A stretch of DNA of 45,871 bases. Origin: an uncultured Thermoplasmatales archaeon (lineage in GTDB: Archaea; Thermoplasmatota; E2; DHVEG-1). Numbering within the stretch: position 1 is the stretch's first letter; each line of letters opens with the position of its first letter. Location: positions 1 through 45,871 of the forward strand of contig CAYMOC010000004.1 in the NCBI GenBank assembly GCA_964391965.1. Reading direction: 5' to 3'. Made by a program: the position numbers and the translations under genes. The notes under the pieces were generated by a model, which made no database searches, was not told where the DNA came from, and was given only the letters and a program-made list of their open reading frames with translations. Below are positions 20,127-30,014 of the stretch, piece by piece.

Positions 20127-22289
20127 TTAGATTATATCAATCGAATTTATTTCACTTAGATCCTCTAAAGAATTCATCTTTATCATCCTGTCAGAAATCG
20201 TGTAAAGAACGTTATCAATGTACAATGATCTCTTAACAGAATAATCTCTACTATATCTGTAGTTATAAGTTGTTGAATTCATCGTTTCCTCGCTTTCATG
20301 TGTTACTACACCCTTCAAACTGATACCCGTTTCAAGATTTATATCAAACACATATGCCGATTGTTGGGAACGGCTGCCGGAGGGTATCACAAGAAGATTT
20401 TTTTCTTGGTCAAATAAAAATGCTTTATGTTCATTCAAAGCTGAGGAATGACTCCAAGACCAACGTGAACTAGATTCCTCGATTTCATATTTAGCAATCT
20501 CTTTTGGGTCGCTGAAATTAGTTACATCGAACAATGATATCTTCACATGCCGGTCTTCTTTTCCGATTCCAATTATATGATTATCATCATAAGGATGTAA
20601 ATATGTTGAATAACCGGGTATCTTTAATTCACCAAGAACATTTGGTTCAGTTGGATCGCTAAGATCTATTACGAAAAATGGATCTATTTGCCTGAAAGTA
20701 ACCAAGTAACACATTTCTCCAACAAAACGAGTAGCATATATATCCTCATCAGGTGCAAGACCCTCGACGCTACCAATAACATCAAGTGTTTCATCAAGAA
20801 CATATACACCATTTTGTTCATCCATTCGCATGTTAATAAACGGTAACCACATACCTTCAATAGTTGAGGACACTCTAAGATTTCCATTATGTTCACTTAA
20901 TGAAAACTGATTTTTTACACGACCAGGGATCTCACCTTTTGAAACATAAGAAATGTTACCATTTCGGATTTTGATTTTATGTATAACTGTTCTCTCAAAA
21001 CGGCTGTTAATTTCTTTATAAAGTTCTAATTTTTCTTCTTTATCTAAGGAGTTAGTAAAGTTTTGCAGCATCCATTCCACAACTGTTTTTTTCTGATTTT
21101 CACTGATATGTTTCAAATTTTTTACTATCTCCATCTCATCCTTTAAAGACTGTGGAAGCATAGGATTAAGAATTTCTTCTACTGCTTTTTTTAACATTTC
21201 ATAATTATAGCTTCTAAATGAATACACTACGTAGATATTATGTTGTGAAACATACAATGTTTGACTGTTACCTAAAAGAAACATTTTAGCTTCAACTTTT
21301 TCATCTTCATCATCTAAATCCACAGATACAATATTTGTAATTGTTTTTCTTTGCTCAGGAATTTGCACATATTGAATATTTGATAGTGAAATCTCTTGTA
21401 ATTCATCATCAACCATAATAGTTGGAACAATGAGTTCATCATCTTCCATAGCTCTAATATTGTATGAGTTTTGAACTGTTATTAGATAAACATGATTTCC
21501 AATCATTCTTGCACCTGTGAAACTACCCGGTGTTACAATTTCACGTTCAAGCTCTGGTTGTTCTCTATCAGAGATATCAAAAACCTGCAGATGAGTATCT
21601 GGTGAACTATACCAACGAGGGTTTGGCATACCTATAACCGAAGAATTAACCATAACAGCATTTTTTTCTAAAATAACTGGATGAGTATCATAAATTGGAT
21701 AAGACCAATCAGTTGCAAAAACAACAAGTTTATCACCATTGATAAAAAGATTCTGGATAGTCAAAGAAGAATTAACCTCAATTTTACTTACAACTACTGC
21801 CTCATCAGCAGGTACTGCTTTAACAATAAAAACCTTGTTATCAGATATAAGATAAAGGTATTCTCCATCTGTTTTAACTATATCCGGTTCATCGACACCA
21901 GCCACCTGAACATTTGTCTCAGAAAAATCACTTGAGCTACTTCCATCACTTACAGATGTTTTCATAGTAGATAAAGGCACAGCTGTATCAACCTCTATAT
22001 CAGTAGTTTCCCATGTTAACCTTGGAATGCCGTTACTATTAGACGATTCTGCAAAACCTGATTCGCTTGTTAAAAAATCTTTAAGGTCCTCATATGATTC
22101 AAAAGTCATCAAATCTGAACATACAGATGTTGAATCATTAAAACCATGGAATTTATTAATCACTGGCACTGGTTTATCATCAGAGTCGCCTAAGACTGCT
22201 GGTTGTATGTTTAACGCTTGCATAAAACACAGGATTATTACAATACCTGCAACAGATATTCCTAATATTTTCAAGTTTTGGTTTTTCAT
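20127..22289 (-). CDS. Secreted beta-propeller domain protein (Beta_propel family)
   Basis: FSETNVQVAGVDEPDIVKTDG, VTFRQIDPFFVIDLSDP, GELKIPGYSTYLHP. Confidence 0.9.
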   Translation of the reverse strand: MKNQNLKILGISVAGIVIILCFMQALNIQPAVLGDSDDKPVPVINKFHGFNDSTSVCSDLMTFESYEDLKDFLTSESGFAESSNSNGIPRLTWETTDIEVDTAVPLSTMKTSVSDGSSSSDFSETNVQVAGVDEPDIVKTDGEYLYLISDNKVFIVKAVPADEAVVVSKIEVNSSLTIQNLFINGDKLVVFATDWSYPIYDTHPVILEKNAVMVNSSVIGMPNPRWYSSPDTHLQVFDISDREQPELEREIVTPGSFTGARMIGNHVYLITVQNSYNIRAMEDDELIVPTIMVDDELQEISLSNIQYVQIPEQRKTITNIVSVDLDDEDEKVEAKMFLLGNSQTLYVSQHNIYVVYSFRSYNYEMLKKAVEEILNPMLPQSLKDEMEIVKNLKHISENQKKTVVEWMLQNFTNSLDKEEKLELYKEINSRFERTVIHKIKIRNGNISYVSKGEIPGRVKNQFSLSEHNGNLRVSSTIEGMWLPFINMRMDEQNGVYVLDETLDVIGSVEGLAPDEDIYATRFVGEMCYLVTFRQIDPFFVIDLSDPTEPNVLGELKIPGYSTYLHPYDDNHIIGIGKEDRHVKISLFDVTNFSDPKEIAKYEIEESSSRWSWSHSSALNEHKAFLFDQEKNLLVIPSGSRSQQSAYVFDINLETGISLKGVVTHESEETMNSTTYNYRYSRDYSVKRSLYIDNVLYTISDRMIKMNSLEDLSEINSIDII

Positions 22290-22415
22290 ATCATAAATCA
22301 CCGTTTTTTTAACTCTAACGAAAACTTATTGTCATTTTTTGTTTATATAAGGTCGGAAAACGTTTGGGAAAAACCAAACAAAAAAACATTTGAATCAAAA
22401 AAAGAAAAAAAAATA

Positions 22416-23741
22416 TTATTTTTTAATTGTTTTTTCAACAAACTTGATACCTATTTCTTCTAATTCATTCAATATAGGATTATATATCTCTGGAAGTACG
22501 GGCCTGTAAACACCAGAGATATCTATTTTTTTATTTAGAATCATCTTAACAGCAATTGCAGCAGGAAGTGCAACTGTTCTAGCTACAGCTGAATCACCAT
22601 CAGGTATTCCATAATCAACAAGTGTTGAGGTAATGTATTCATTAGAGTTTTTGTTTTCCACTGTGAACTGATGATGCATAACTATCATGTCTCGTTCTTC
22701 TTTTTTAAGAGGCATTTTTTCAAGTGTTAACACATTTAGATAATCCAATGGAGTTTTTTTTTCTGCGGGTAGTTTTTTATCACTGAAAAGACCAAGCCAT
22801 TTTAATCGTTTTATTACAGCTGAATAAGGTTTTATTTTTAGATATTCAGCTGTTTTTTCTTCTAAATCATCAGAATTTTTTGTTTTTATCAGAAAACCTG
22901 TTAGGTCACCATAGCTTGTTCCTTTAAAGTTTTCTTGTTCATCTTCTTTTAGCCAACCTATTTGTGATATTGCTCGTAGTGTTTCACACCATCCAGTCAT
23001 CCGAAAGGTTCCACGGTAAACAGTTTTTGAATCTTTTAATCCATAGATTTCTTTGTATTGAACAGAGTCACGGTTGGGATAGTTTTCAAAGGTTCCAACA
23101 CCTTCTACATCTTGCAAGGAATAATTTTCGAAAAGTTTTTCACCGGGAACACTAACAACTTTGTCATCCTCTAACCATTTAGCTGGATTTCGTGATGCAA
23201 GAAGAACACCACGAGGAGACCAGGAGAACTTGTAACCAAACGGGTTGTTGTTGGCTTCATGAGATGGAAGAGCACCTGTGGTTGAACGAAAACCAACAAC
23301 TTTACCATCATTGTTTTCAACTTCATGAATAATTTTCATAGCAGACATATGATCAATACCTGGGTCAAGACCACTCTCATTCAGTATAAGAACACCAGCA
23401 TTTTTTGCATCATCATCCAAAGCCTTCATCTCAGGGCTAACATAAGATGTTGTAACCATGTGTTTCTTATTTTTTATACAAATTTTAGCTACCTGAACAT
23501 GATATGCATATGGAAGTAAACTAACCACGACATCAGCAGCAGAAACTAAATCCTCAAGACAGTCTGCATGTTTCTGAATATCAAACTCAACAGCGGTTCC
23601 ATCCGGATGACTATCTATTATTTTCTCTGCTTTACTCACTGTTCTACTAGCTAAAACAACTTTACAATCTGGTTGATCAAGAAGATAAACCACCAAAGGC
23701 CGAGAAACCATTCCGGCTCCAAGAACTAAAACCTTACTCAT
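22416..23741 (-). CDS. Saccharopine dehydrogenase (glutamate-forming SDH domain)
   Basis: VLGAGMV, GLDPGIDHMSA, YKFSWSPRGVL, YPNRDS, MIVMHH. Confidence 0.92.
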   Translation of the reverse strand: MSKVLVLGAGMVSRPLVVYLLDQPDCKVVLASRTVSKAEKIIDSHPDGTAVEFDIQKHADCLEDLVSAADVVVSLLPYAYHVQVAKICIKNKKHMVTTSYVSPEMKALDDDAKNAGVLILNESGLDPGIDHMSAMKIIHEVENNDGKVVGFRSTTGALPSHEANNNPFGYKFSWSPRGVLLASRNPAKWLEDDKVVSVPGEKLFENYSLQDVEGVGTFENYPNRDSVQYKEIYGLKDSKTVYRGTFRMTGWCETLRAISQIGWLKEDEQENFKGTSYGDLTGFLIKTKNSDDLEEKTAEYLKIKPYSAVIKRLKWLGLFSDKKLPAEKKTPLDYLNVLTLEKMPLKKEERDMIVMHHQFTVENKNSNEYITSTLVDYGIPDGDSAVARTVALPAAIAVKMILNKKIDISGVYRPVLPEIYNPILNELEEIGIKFVEKTIKK

Positions 23742-23799
23742 AATGTATCGCCTATTTTTCCCCTAATAAAAAAAACTAATCCGGGGAAAGAAAAAAGAA

Positions 23800-25092
23800 T
23801 TATAAAAACTTGTTGATATACTCATAATCTGGTGTAAGTTTTCCCCTATGAAGAATTAAAGCATTTTTAATTTCCGGAGTAAGTTTTATTTCTTCAAATT
23901 TTTTAGAATAATCTGTATTAACAATCTCTGGAACAAAACGCCAAAGTGATTCACTAAAAGCCTTTGAGGAATCACGTGGAAGCTCACAAGGAAGATTATC
24001 CACAGCCATCACAACAACACCATCACTAGTAAATCCATCTTCGAAAGTATCAGTTAATGGATCATAAACAAAAACCGGCATATCCGGATTTGTAGATTTC
24101 TCAGTAAACTCTATAGCTCCATTGATGTCAATACTTATATCTCCTACTATTTTTAAACGAAAATCATCACTTATATTTTCTTTAACAAAATCCTTTGTTA
24201 TAATACGAGGGTAACGTTCATCCCAATAGACACAGTTCATCAAAACCGTTAAAAAAGGAACATAACGATGAAAAACAGGCCTATATTTTTCAGGATGTTT
24301 ATAATAATCCTCCAACTCAAAACACCCTTTTTTGGGTTCAACCATATCCTCTTCTTTAAAAACCACTTTGTATACTACTTTCTTAGAAGGATTATCAAAA
24401 ACTGATTCAATCTGAGAAGGACGAATCTCCTCAACTGGCAGAAGATCAAGTATTTCCTGTGCACCCTTGGACACATTACCGTAACCAGCGAAACCAAAAA
24501 TCAAAGGAGTTAAAGAATCACAAACTCCTTTTTTCTCAATTTTTTTACCAATTTTAACAAGATGCTGTTTGATACTATTAAGATCATGATAATCAACAGT
24601 TTTTTTCACATCAGAAAAAACACTGTCTTTTTTCTCCCATTTCAAACGTCGACCCAACGCCCAGAGCGTGTCAACCATACCAGCAAGACCTGCGAAACGT
24701 CCAAAAAAAACAAGACGACGGCCATTATTATCAACTATTTTTTCATAATCAATCAAATTACAACCCATTTTCATCATATACTCAAGCATTGGCATGTTGT
24801 AATCCTGGCCTTTGATTATATGAGAAAAAAACACATAAGTTTTATTTTTTTCAAAAAAATCAACAGGGATTTCTTTAACAGCAAAAACAACTTCACAATC
24901 AGAGAGATCCTCAGATACAACCACTCCTGCTTTTTTGTATTCGTTTTCTTTAAAGACACGAATTGGAGATGGTTGAATCATGGTTTCAATACCGTATTCC
25001 TCTTTAAGTTGTTTAACATGTTCAGGTGTAAGAGGGACTCTTTTCTCCCACTGGTTTTTATCTTCACGACGTATACCGATAAGCTTACTCAT
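23800..25092 (-). CDS. Lysine-ketoglutarate reductase (stand-alone LKR domain)
   Basis: GIRREDKNQWEKRVPLTP, FFSHIIKGQDYNM, LIDYEKI, AVDNLPCELPRDSS. Confidence 0.88.
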   Translation of the reverse strand: MSKLIGIRREDKNQWEKRVPLTPEHVKQLKEEYGIETMIQPSPIRVFKENEYKKAGVVVSEDLSDCEVVFAVKEIPVDFFEKNKTYVFFSHIIKGQDYNMPMLEYMMKMGCNLIDYEKIVDNNGRRLVFFGRFAGLAGMVDTLWALGRRLKWEKKDSVFSDVKKTVDYHDLNSIKQHLVKIGKKIEKKGVCDSLTPLIFGFAGYGNVSKGAQEILDLLPVEEIRPSQIESVFDNPSKKVVYKVVFKEEDMVEPKKGCFELEDYYKHPEKYRPVFHRYVPFLTVLMNCVYWDERYPRIITKDFVKENISDDFRLKIVGDISIDINGAIEFTEKSTNPDMPVFVYDPLTDTFEDGFTSDGVVVMAVDNLPCELPRDSSKAFSESLWRFVPEIVNTDYSKKFEEIKLTPEIKNALILHRGKLTPDYEYINKFL

Positions 25093-25215
25093 ATTTTCTA
25101 AAAATCCCCTGGATCATATTATTGAACTGTTAAAAGAAAAATGTTTTAAAATGTTTCTAAAGGATAATAGTTAAATATAATTGAAAAGTTTATTGTAAAA
25201 ATGTGAACAAATATT

Positions 25216-25638
25216 ATGGATGGGAGCAACGAATTTAAAAAAACACTTGGAAAAACATTTTTTATAATAGGAATAATTCTTATCGCTTTTGTAATAATTT
25301 ATGTTAGTCTTGTTTTTGTTGGTTTTTCAGGAGTTCCTCTTAAAGTATATGAAACAGATGAAACGACAAATGAATTAGAGGATTGGTATGAGCAAAACAA
25401 TATGAGTGGTGTTCCGAATCTTGATGATTATATGGGTGGTTATTATCCTATGATGAACTTGATGGTATGGGTTAGCGTTAGTTTTGTTCTTCTCATGGGT
25501 GGTTATTTTTTATGCAAAATTGGTTTTATGTTCATGGAATCAAAAAAAGAAAATAATGTTCAGGAGAACCATCCTTTGATTAGAAGAAGAACACAACAAC
25601 CTTCTAAGAATAATGATGATAAAAAAGGATGGATATAA
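25216..25638 (+). CDS. Hypothetical membrane protein (two TM helices)
   Basis: Two hydrophobic segments; fills the intergenic gap. Confidence 0.7.
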   Translation: MDGSNEFKKTLGKTFFIIGIILIAFVIIYVSLVFVGFSGVPLKVYETDETTNELEDWYEQNNMSGVPNLDDYMGGYYPMMNLMVWVSVSFVLLMGGYFLCKIGFMFMESKKENNVQENHPLIRRRTQQPSKNNDDKKGWI

Positions 25639-25646
25639 AAAAAAAT

Positions 25647-26723
25647 TTATTTGTATCTTAGAATCGCGCCGATATGACCTAGTTTTGCTATCTCCTCATC
25701 ACTAGTAAACTCTATTTTTGCATCAGTACGTTCTGCAAACTCGATTATCTCCTCGATCATATCAACTTTAGAGGTTTCATTGTTACAATATGGACATTTA
25801 TCTTTATAACCGGGTTTAACTAATTGACAGTTTTCACAGATCCATCCGGGAATACGATGCTCCTTTTCCACTATTAACAGCTCAATTTGACCATTTTTAG
25901 CTGCCTGCAAGGTTTCTTCAACACCATATACTCCAAGTCCTTCCTTCAGAATCTCTTGTTTTAAAAGTTTAGTAGCCTCCTCACTTCTTTTATTTTCATC
26001 CTCTGAGATAATCATTAAAGATTTTTTCAAAAGATCATCCTGATCATCAATATCTATATCCAAAACATTCACAATTTTTCCCTGAAGATGCTGCGGAAGC
26101 ATTTTTTGGAAATGAATTTTTGCCTGACCAGGTCCAGCAATAATGATATGTTCATGTTCTTTATCTTGCAGTTCATCAATTATTTCTTTGTAAAAATGAT
26201 CAATAGCTCCCTTACGAAGCCTGTTGAAACGAGCCTGAGACCAACCACCTTTTTTATGTTTATTCATAATATCTTTAGAGATTTTTTTACTATCACCAAC
26301 TTCACCCATTTCAATCTTAAAAATTTTTGCGAAATGAGTATTCATCAAGACGAGTGTAAAAGATTCCCATTCATCCATAATTCTGATCAAAGGACGAAGG
26401 TAAGGACTAGAATCAACAATGAGCTGGTTATCAACATCAATAGGTAGTTCTATAACTTTTAAAAAACTGTTTTTTTCTGAAGCAAAAACTGCTACACTTT
26501 TTGCTACACCATGTTTTTTTACTGCATCTTCAACTTTTTCAATAGTACTTTCAAAATTTTCTAATTCATTATTTTTTAAAACATTTATACAATCATTAAC
26601 ACGTTTTTTTATAAATTTTTCATCTTGATCCTGGTTAACATAGAGACTAATAAAAGTGTCTTCACTATCTTTATCATAAATTTCTGATAACTCCCTTATG
26701 GTGTTCTGCAGTTCCTCATTCAT
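25647..26723 (-). CDS. aeRF1-like release-factor paralog (baeRF/VLRF1-type)
   Basis: HKKGGWSQARFNR loop, IIIAGPG, C-terminal eRF1 domain 3 with CENC...CPYC zinc ribbon and GHIGAILRY. Confidence 0.85.
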   Translation of the reverse strand: MNEELQNTIRELSEIYDKDSEDTFISLYVNQDQDEKFIKKRVNDCINVLKNNELENFESTIEKVEDAVKKHGVAKSVAVFASEKNSFLKVIELPIDVDNQLIVDSSPYLRPLIRIMDEWESFTLVLMNTHFAKIFKIEMGEVGDSKKISKDIMNKHKKGGWSQARFNRLRKGAIDHFYKEIIDELQDKEHEHIIIAGPGQAKIHFQKMLPQHLQGKIVNVLDIDIDDQDDLLKKSLMIISEDENKRSEEATKLLKQEILKEGLGVYGVEETLQAAKNGQIELLIVEKEHRIPGWICENCQLVKPGYKDKCPYCNNETSKVDMIEEIIEFAERTDAKIEFTSDEEIAKLGHIGAILRYK

Positions 26724-26912
26724 TTTAAACATCACTAAGAAGAGTTGAACAAAAAACAAGTTTATAATATCTTCCAAAAAAATTTATTCATTTAGTTTCA
26801 GCGAACCCTGAAAAATGAATATAAAGAGTAAAATACAATTCAAAAACTAACTGAAAAGACATTATTTTGAGGATGATCAAGTATTAAATATAAACTGAAA
26901 AACAAGGATAAA

Positions 26913-27152
26913 GTGATAAATGCCTCAGAAATAGGGCAATATCGATATTGTTCTGTAGGATGGTTTTTACAAAGATGTGGTTTTAAACCTGAATCAGAAT
27001 CTTTAAAGTTAGGTGAAAAAAAACATATTAAATTAGGAGAAAATATTGACAGAGTTGAAAGACAGGAGAGTCATTCATATCTATTTAGAATTGTTGGTTA
27101 TTTTTTATTGGTTATTGGTTTTTTATTAATTATTCTTAATGGAGTGATATGA
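26913..27152 (+). CDS. Cas4-like N-terminal fragment with C-terminal TM helix
   Basis: INASEIGQYRYC...W...GEKKH matches the Cas4 N-terminus; ends in hydrophobic IVGYFLLVIGFLLIIL. Confidence 0.7.
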   Translation: MINASEIGQYRYCSVGWFLQRCGFKPESESLKLGEKKHIKLGENIDRVERQESHSYLFRIVGYFLLVIGFLLIILNGVI

Positions 27153-27682
27153 TATTGTTTTTTATTTTATCCATAATTCTACTGTTTTTAGGTGTTCTTT
27201 TTCTTATTTTTTCGATATTGTTGAGAAAAAATACTATACTTGTTAGAGAAAAAAATAAAATTCAAAATGGAGAAATTTTTTATTCTGATTTGAATAAACC
27301 TGCTAAAGCATTATTTTCTAAACGTTATATGATTGCAGGTAAACCAGATTATATTGTTAAGGATAAGGGTAATATTTATCCTGTTGAGTATAAATCAGGT
27401 GTTCACGATCATGTTTTGGATAATCATAGGTTTCAACTTGCAGCTTATTGTCATCTTCTTGAAGAAAATTTTGATGTTTTTGTTCCTTTTGGTGTTGTTG
27501 TTTATTCTGATAAGAAGGTGTATAAGGTTCCTTTTGATCCTAAGGTTCGTTTTGAGTTGGAGGAATTAATTAAAGAGATGAGGATTTCTATCAGATCAGG
27601 TAGGATTGTTAGAAATCATAATAATGGGAATAAGTGTAGTTTTTGTTCTATGAAGGATTTTTGTGATTTTAAAATAAAATAA
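27149..27682 (+). CDS. Cas4/RecB-like PD-(D/E)xK nuclease with N-terminal TM helix
   Basis: GKPDY...VEYKSG, QLAAY, KCSFCSMKDFC; ATGA overlap with the upstream ORF. Confidence 0.85.
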   Translation: MILFFILSIILLFLGVLFLIFSILLRKNTILVREKNKIQNGEIFYSDLNKPAKALFSKRYMIAGKPDYIVKDKGNIYPVEYKSGVHDHVLDNHRFQLAAYCHLLEENFDVFVPFGVVVYSDKKVYKVPFDPKVRFELEELIKEMRISIRSGRIVRNHNNGNKCSFCSMKDFCDFKIK

Positions 27683-27742
27683 TTTTTATTCAAAAAAGTT
27701 TATAAATACTACGTGCATATCTATTCTCTGGTAAGAATAAAA

Positions 27743-27958
27743 ATGAATGAAAAACTTACATTCGAAGATGGACTATTATTAGCCAAACACATATATCAAA
27801 GCGCAATAGACAAAACACTAAAAGGAATACCAGAACAAGAAGAAATATTTTTCAGAGCATACAAACAAATAAAAAAAGTTGACAAAAAATTCGATCATGA
27901 AAGACTAGAAGAATTATTATTCCTCCTTAACTTAGAAGAAATATATCAAAGCATCTAA
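27743..27958 (+). CDS. Hypothetical protein
   Basis: Compact ORF with natural-looking composition in the intergenic space. Confidence 0.6.
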   Translation: MNEKLTFEDGLLLAKHIYQSAIDKTLKGIPEQEEIFFRAYKQIKKVDKKFDHERLEELLFLLNLEEIYQSI

Positions 27959-27965
27959 AAAAAAT

Positions 27966-28163
27966 TCATCCTTGTTTTTTAAGCATTTTAAAAGCTTCAT
28001 TTAAAAACTGACGTTCCTCCCAAGTAGGAGACCAACTAAAACCATTTTCATCATTATGAAAATTAGGAGCATTTTCATCAAAACGAGTCATAATACATAA
28101 CTCTCCAGAATTAGGATTTCGTCCTACCTCAACCTTTATATAAACGTTATCATCCGAAGCCAT
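27966..28163 (-). CDS. Hypothetical protein
   Basis: Good SD (GGTGAGGG) before ATG; 65 aa. Confidence 0.7.
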   Translation of the reverse strand: MASDDNVYIKVEVGRNPNSGELCIMTRFDENAPNFHNDENGFSWSPTWEERQFLNEAFKMLKKQG

Positions 28164-28293
28164 ACTACCCTCACCAGTATCGGTTTATTAATATTGAATG
28201 TCAAAGCTTTTCTTATACTTTTTCTTTTAACATTAAATTTTTAAATTAACAATATATAACTTAAGAGTCAATTTAGGAGAGACCAGGCATAAT

Positions 28294-29859
28294 ATGAATA
28301 ATAATTATTTTGTAACAAAAAATAAAATTTTAGCAGATAAAAAAAATGATCCTGAAGGAAAAAACCCTTATAAACCCCCAAAAATCATATCAAAAAAACA
28401 ATTTGTATCAATTTTTGTTGTTTTAATAATATTAGCATCAGTTGTATTTGTTGTAGCATTTAGTGATACAATTTTTGGCCCTGATTCTAAAGATGATAAT
28501 GACAAACTCCCAGATGATAACAATAACACATCAGATAATCAAACAGAGTTTAAACCCAATATTAAAACAGTTCTGACCGCTTCAAACATTCAAGGTACAA
28601 GTTATACTACATCAGATAGTTTTGCCCAAGGAAATAGTTTCTATGTATGGTATGAGTTTGAAAATGCAACACATAATAACATAATGAACATCACAGAAGA
28701 AATAACAATAAAAAGCAATAACAAAATATATTACAATAATGAATCAGAATATTATAAGAATACATCTGATAACTCATTTTTTATGTACAAAATAATTTCA
28801 ACCGATAAAAACTGGACAGCTGGCGAATATACTTTAACAGTTAAAATCTTTGATAAAATCAATAATAAATATTCAAGTAAATCAACGAATTTCACAATTT
28901 TAGGTTTAGGATCTGGAGACAATGGCGACACAACTGAAAATGATAATCTTGAAATGTTTAATCTTTTAACAGCAAGCGATATTGATGGAAACAGTTACAC
29001 ACAGTCATCAAGTTTTGAACAAGGAGATTATTTTATTATTTGGTATGAATTCAAAAATGTGACACACAACTCTCTTGTAGACATATCTGAAGAGATAGAT
29101 GTTAAAAAAGGTAGTGTTTCTGAATACAATCATGATGAAGACTATAGTTTTTCAACAACAAATAATTATTTTTATCAAACTGTTAACATATCAACGGATC
29201 AAACGTGGGACGCAGGAACATATACAGTTAATCTAACCCTTACAGACAACGATAACAACAAAAAAGCTTATGGTGAAATTGATTTTGAATTAACACAAGC
29301 AGCTAGCAAAAATCCAACAGTTCAGATAGATGCATCCCCTGAAAGTGGGGAAACTCCTTTAACAGTTACATTTATAGGAACTGGAACAGATTTTACAGGC
29401 GATAAGACATATCTTTGGGATTTTGGCGATGGAAACACATCAGCTACAAAAAATGATATCCATACATACAGCGATGCTGATACGTATACAGTTACATTAA
29501 CAATAAATGATAGTTATGGAAATAGCGAAAGCGATTCAGTTGATATAGTTGTAACAGAAGCCTCTAATGGAGGTACAGAATTTGATGCAACTATTATAAG
29601 TTGTAGTAATAGTGGTTTAGTGGTTGAATGTGAAGGAAATGCAAGTGGCGGCTCTGGGAGTTACAGTTATAGTTGGGAGTTTTATAATTTTAGCCATGTC
29701 AATACACCTCTTATTGCAACTGAGTCGGGTTACTCTGTGGCTCATGATTTCAGCAGCTATACTAATTCAGATCTATCACTTAAGATACTACTGAAGGTTA
29801 CTGATATAGTTGATTCAGAGGAAGTTTCTGATACTACCTATCTTTTCATAAATATCTAA
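28294..29859 (+). CDS. Membrane-anchored surface protein with duplicated Ig-like domain and PKD domain
   Basis: N-terminal TM; repeated LTAS.I.G.SYT.S.SF.QG..F..WYEF.N.THN; WDFGDG PKD motif. Confidence 0.8.
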   Translation: MNNNYFVTKNKILADKKNDPEGKNPYKPPKIISKKQFVSIFVVLIILASVVFVVAFSDTIFGPDSKDDNDKLPDDNNNTSDNQTEFKPNIKTVLTASNIQGTSYTTSDSFAQGNSFYVWYEFENATHNNIMNITEEITIKSNNKIYYNNESEYYKNTSDNSFFMYKIISTDKNWTAGEYTLTVKIFDKINNKYSSKSTNFTILGLGSGDNGDTTENDNLEMFNLLTASDIDGNSYTQSSSFEQGDYFIIWYEFKNVTHNSLVDISEEIDVKKGSVSEYNHDEDYSFSTTNNYFYQTVNISTDQTWDAGTYTVNLTLTDNDNNKKAYGEIDFELTQAASKNPTVQIDASPESGETPLTVTFIGTGTDFTGDKTYLWDFGDGNTSATKNDIHTYSDADTYTVTLTINDSYGNSESDSVDIVVTEASNGGTEFDATIISCSNSGLVVECEGNASGGSGSYSYSWEFYNFSHVNTPLIATESGYSVAHDFSSYTNSDLSLKILLKVTDIVDSEEVSDTTYLFINI

Positions 29860-30014
29860 GATATAAAATAAGATAGGTTATACTCACCCTTTTTTTAAAA
29901 CTTTTAGCGTTTTTTTTTCATATTGACATTTTAACACAGTATGTTTATATATGAGTTTTTATAAAGTATATCTTAATCGTCTATTTGACGTTTAAAAAAT
30001 TGAAGGTGGAAAAA

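Noticed and set aside
26780..28290. CRISPR-Cas locus around the Cas4-like genes
   Set aside because: No repeat-spacer array and no cas1, cas2 or effector genes anywhere in the window.
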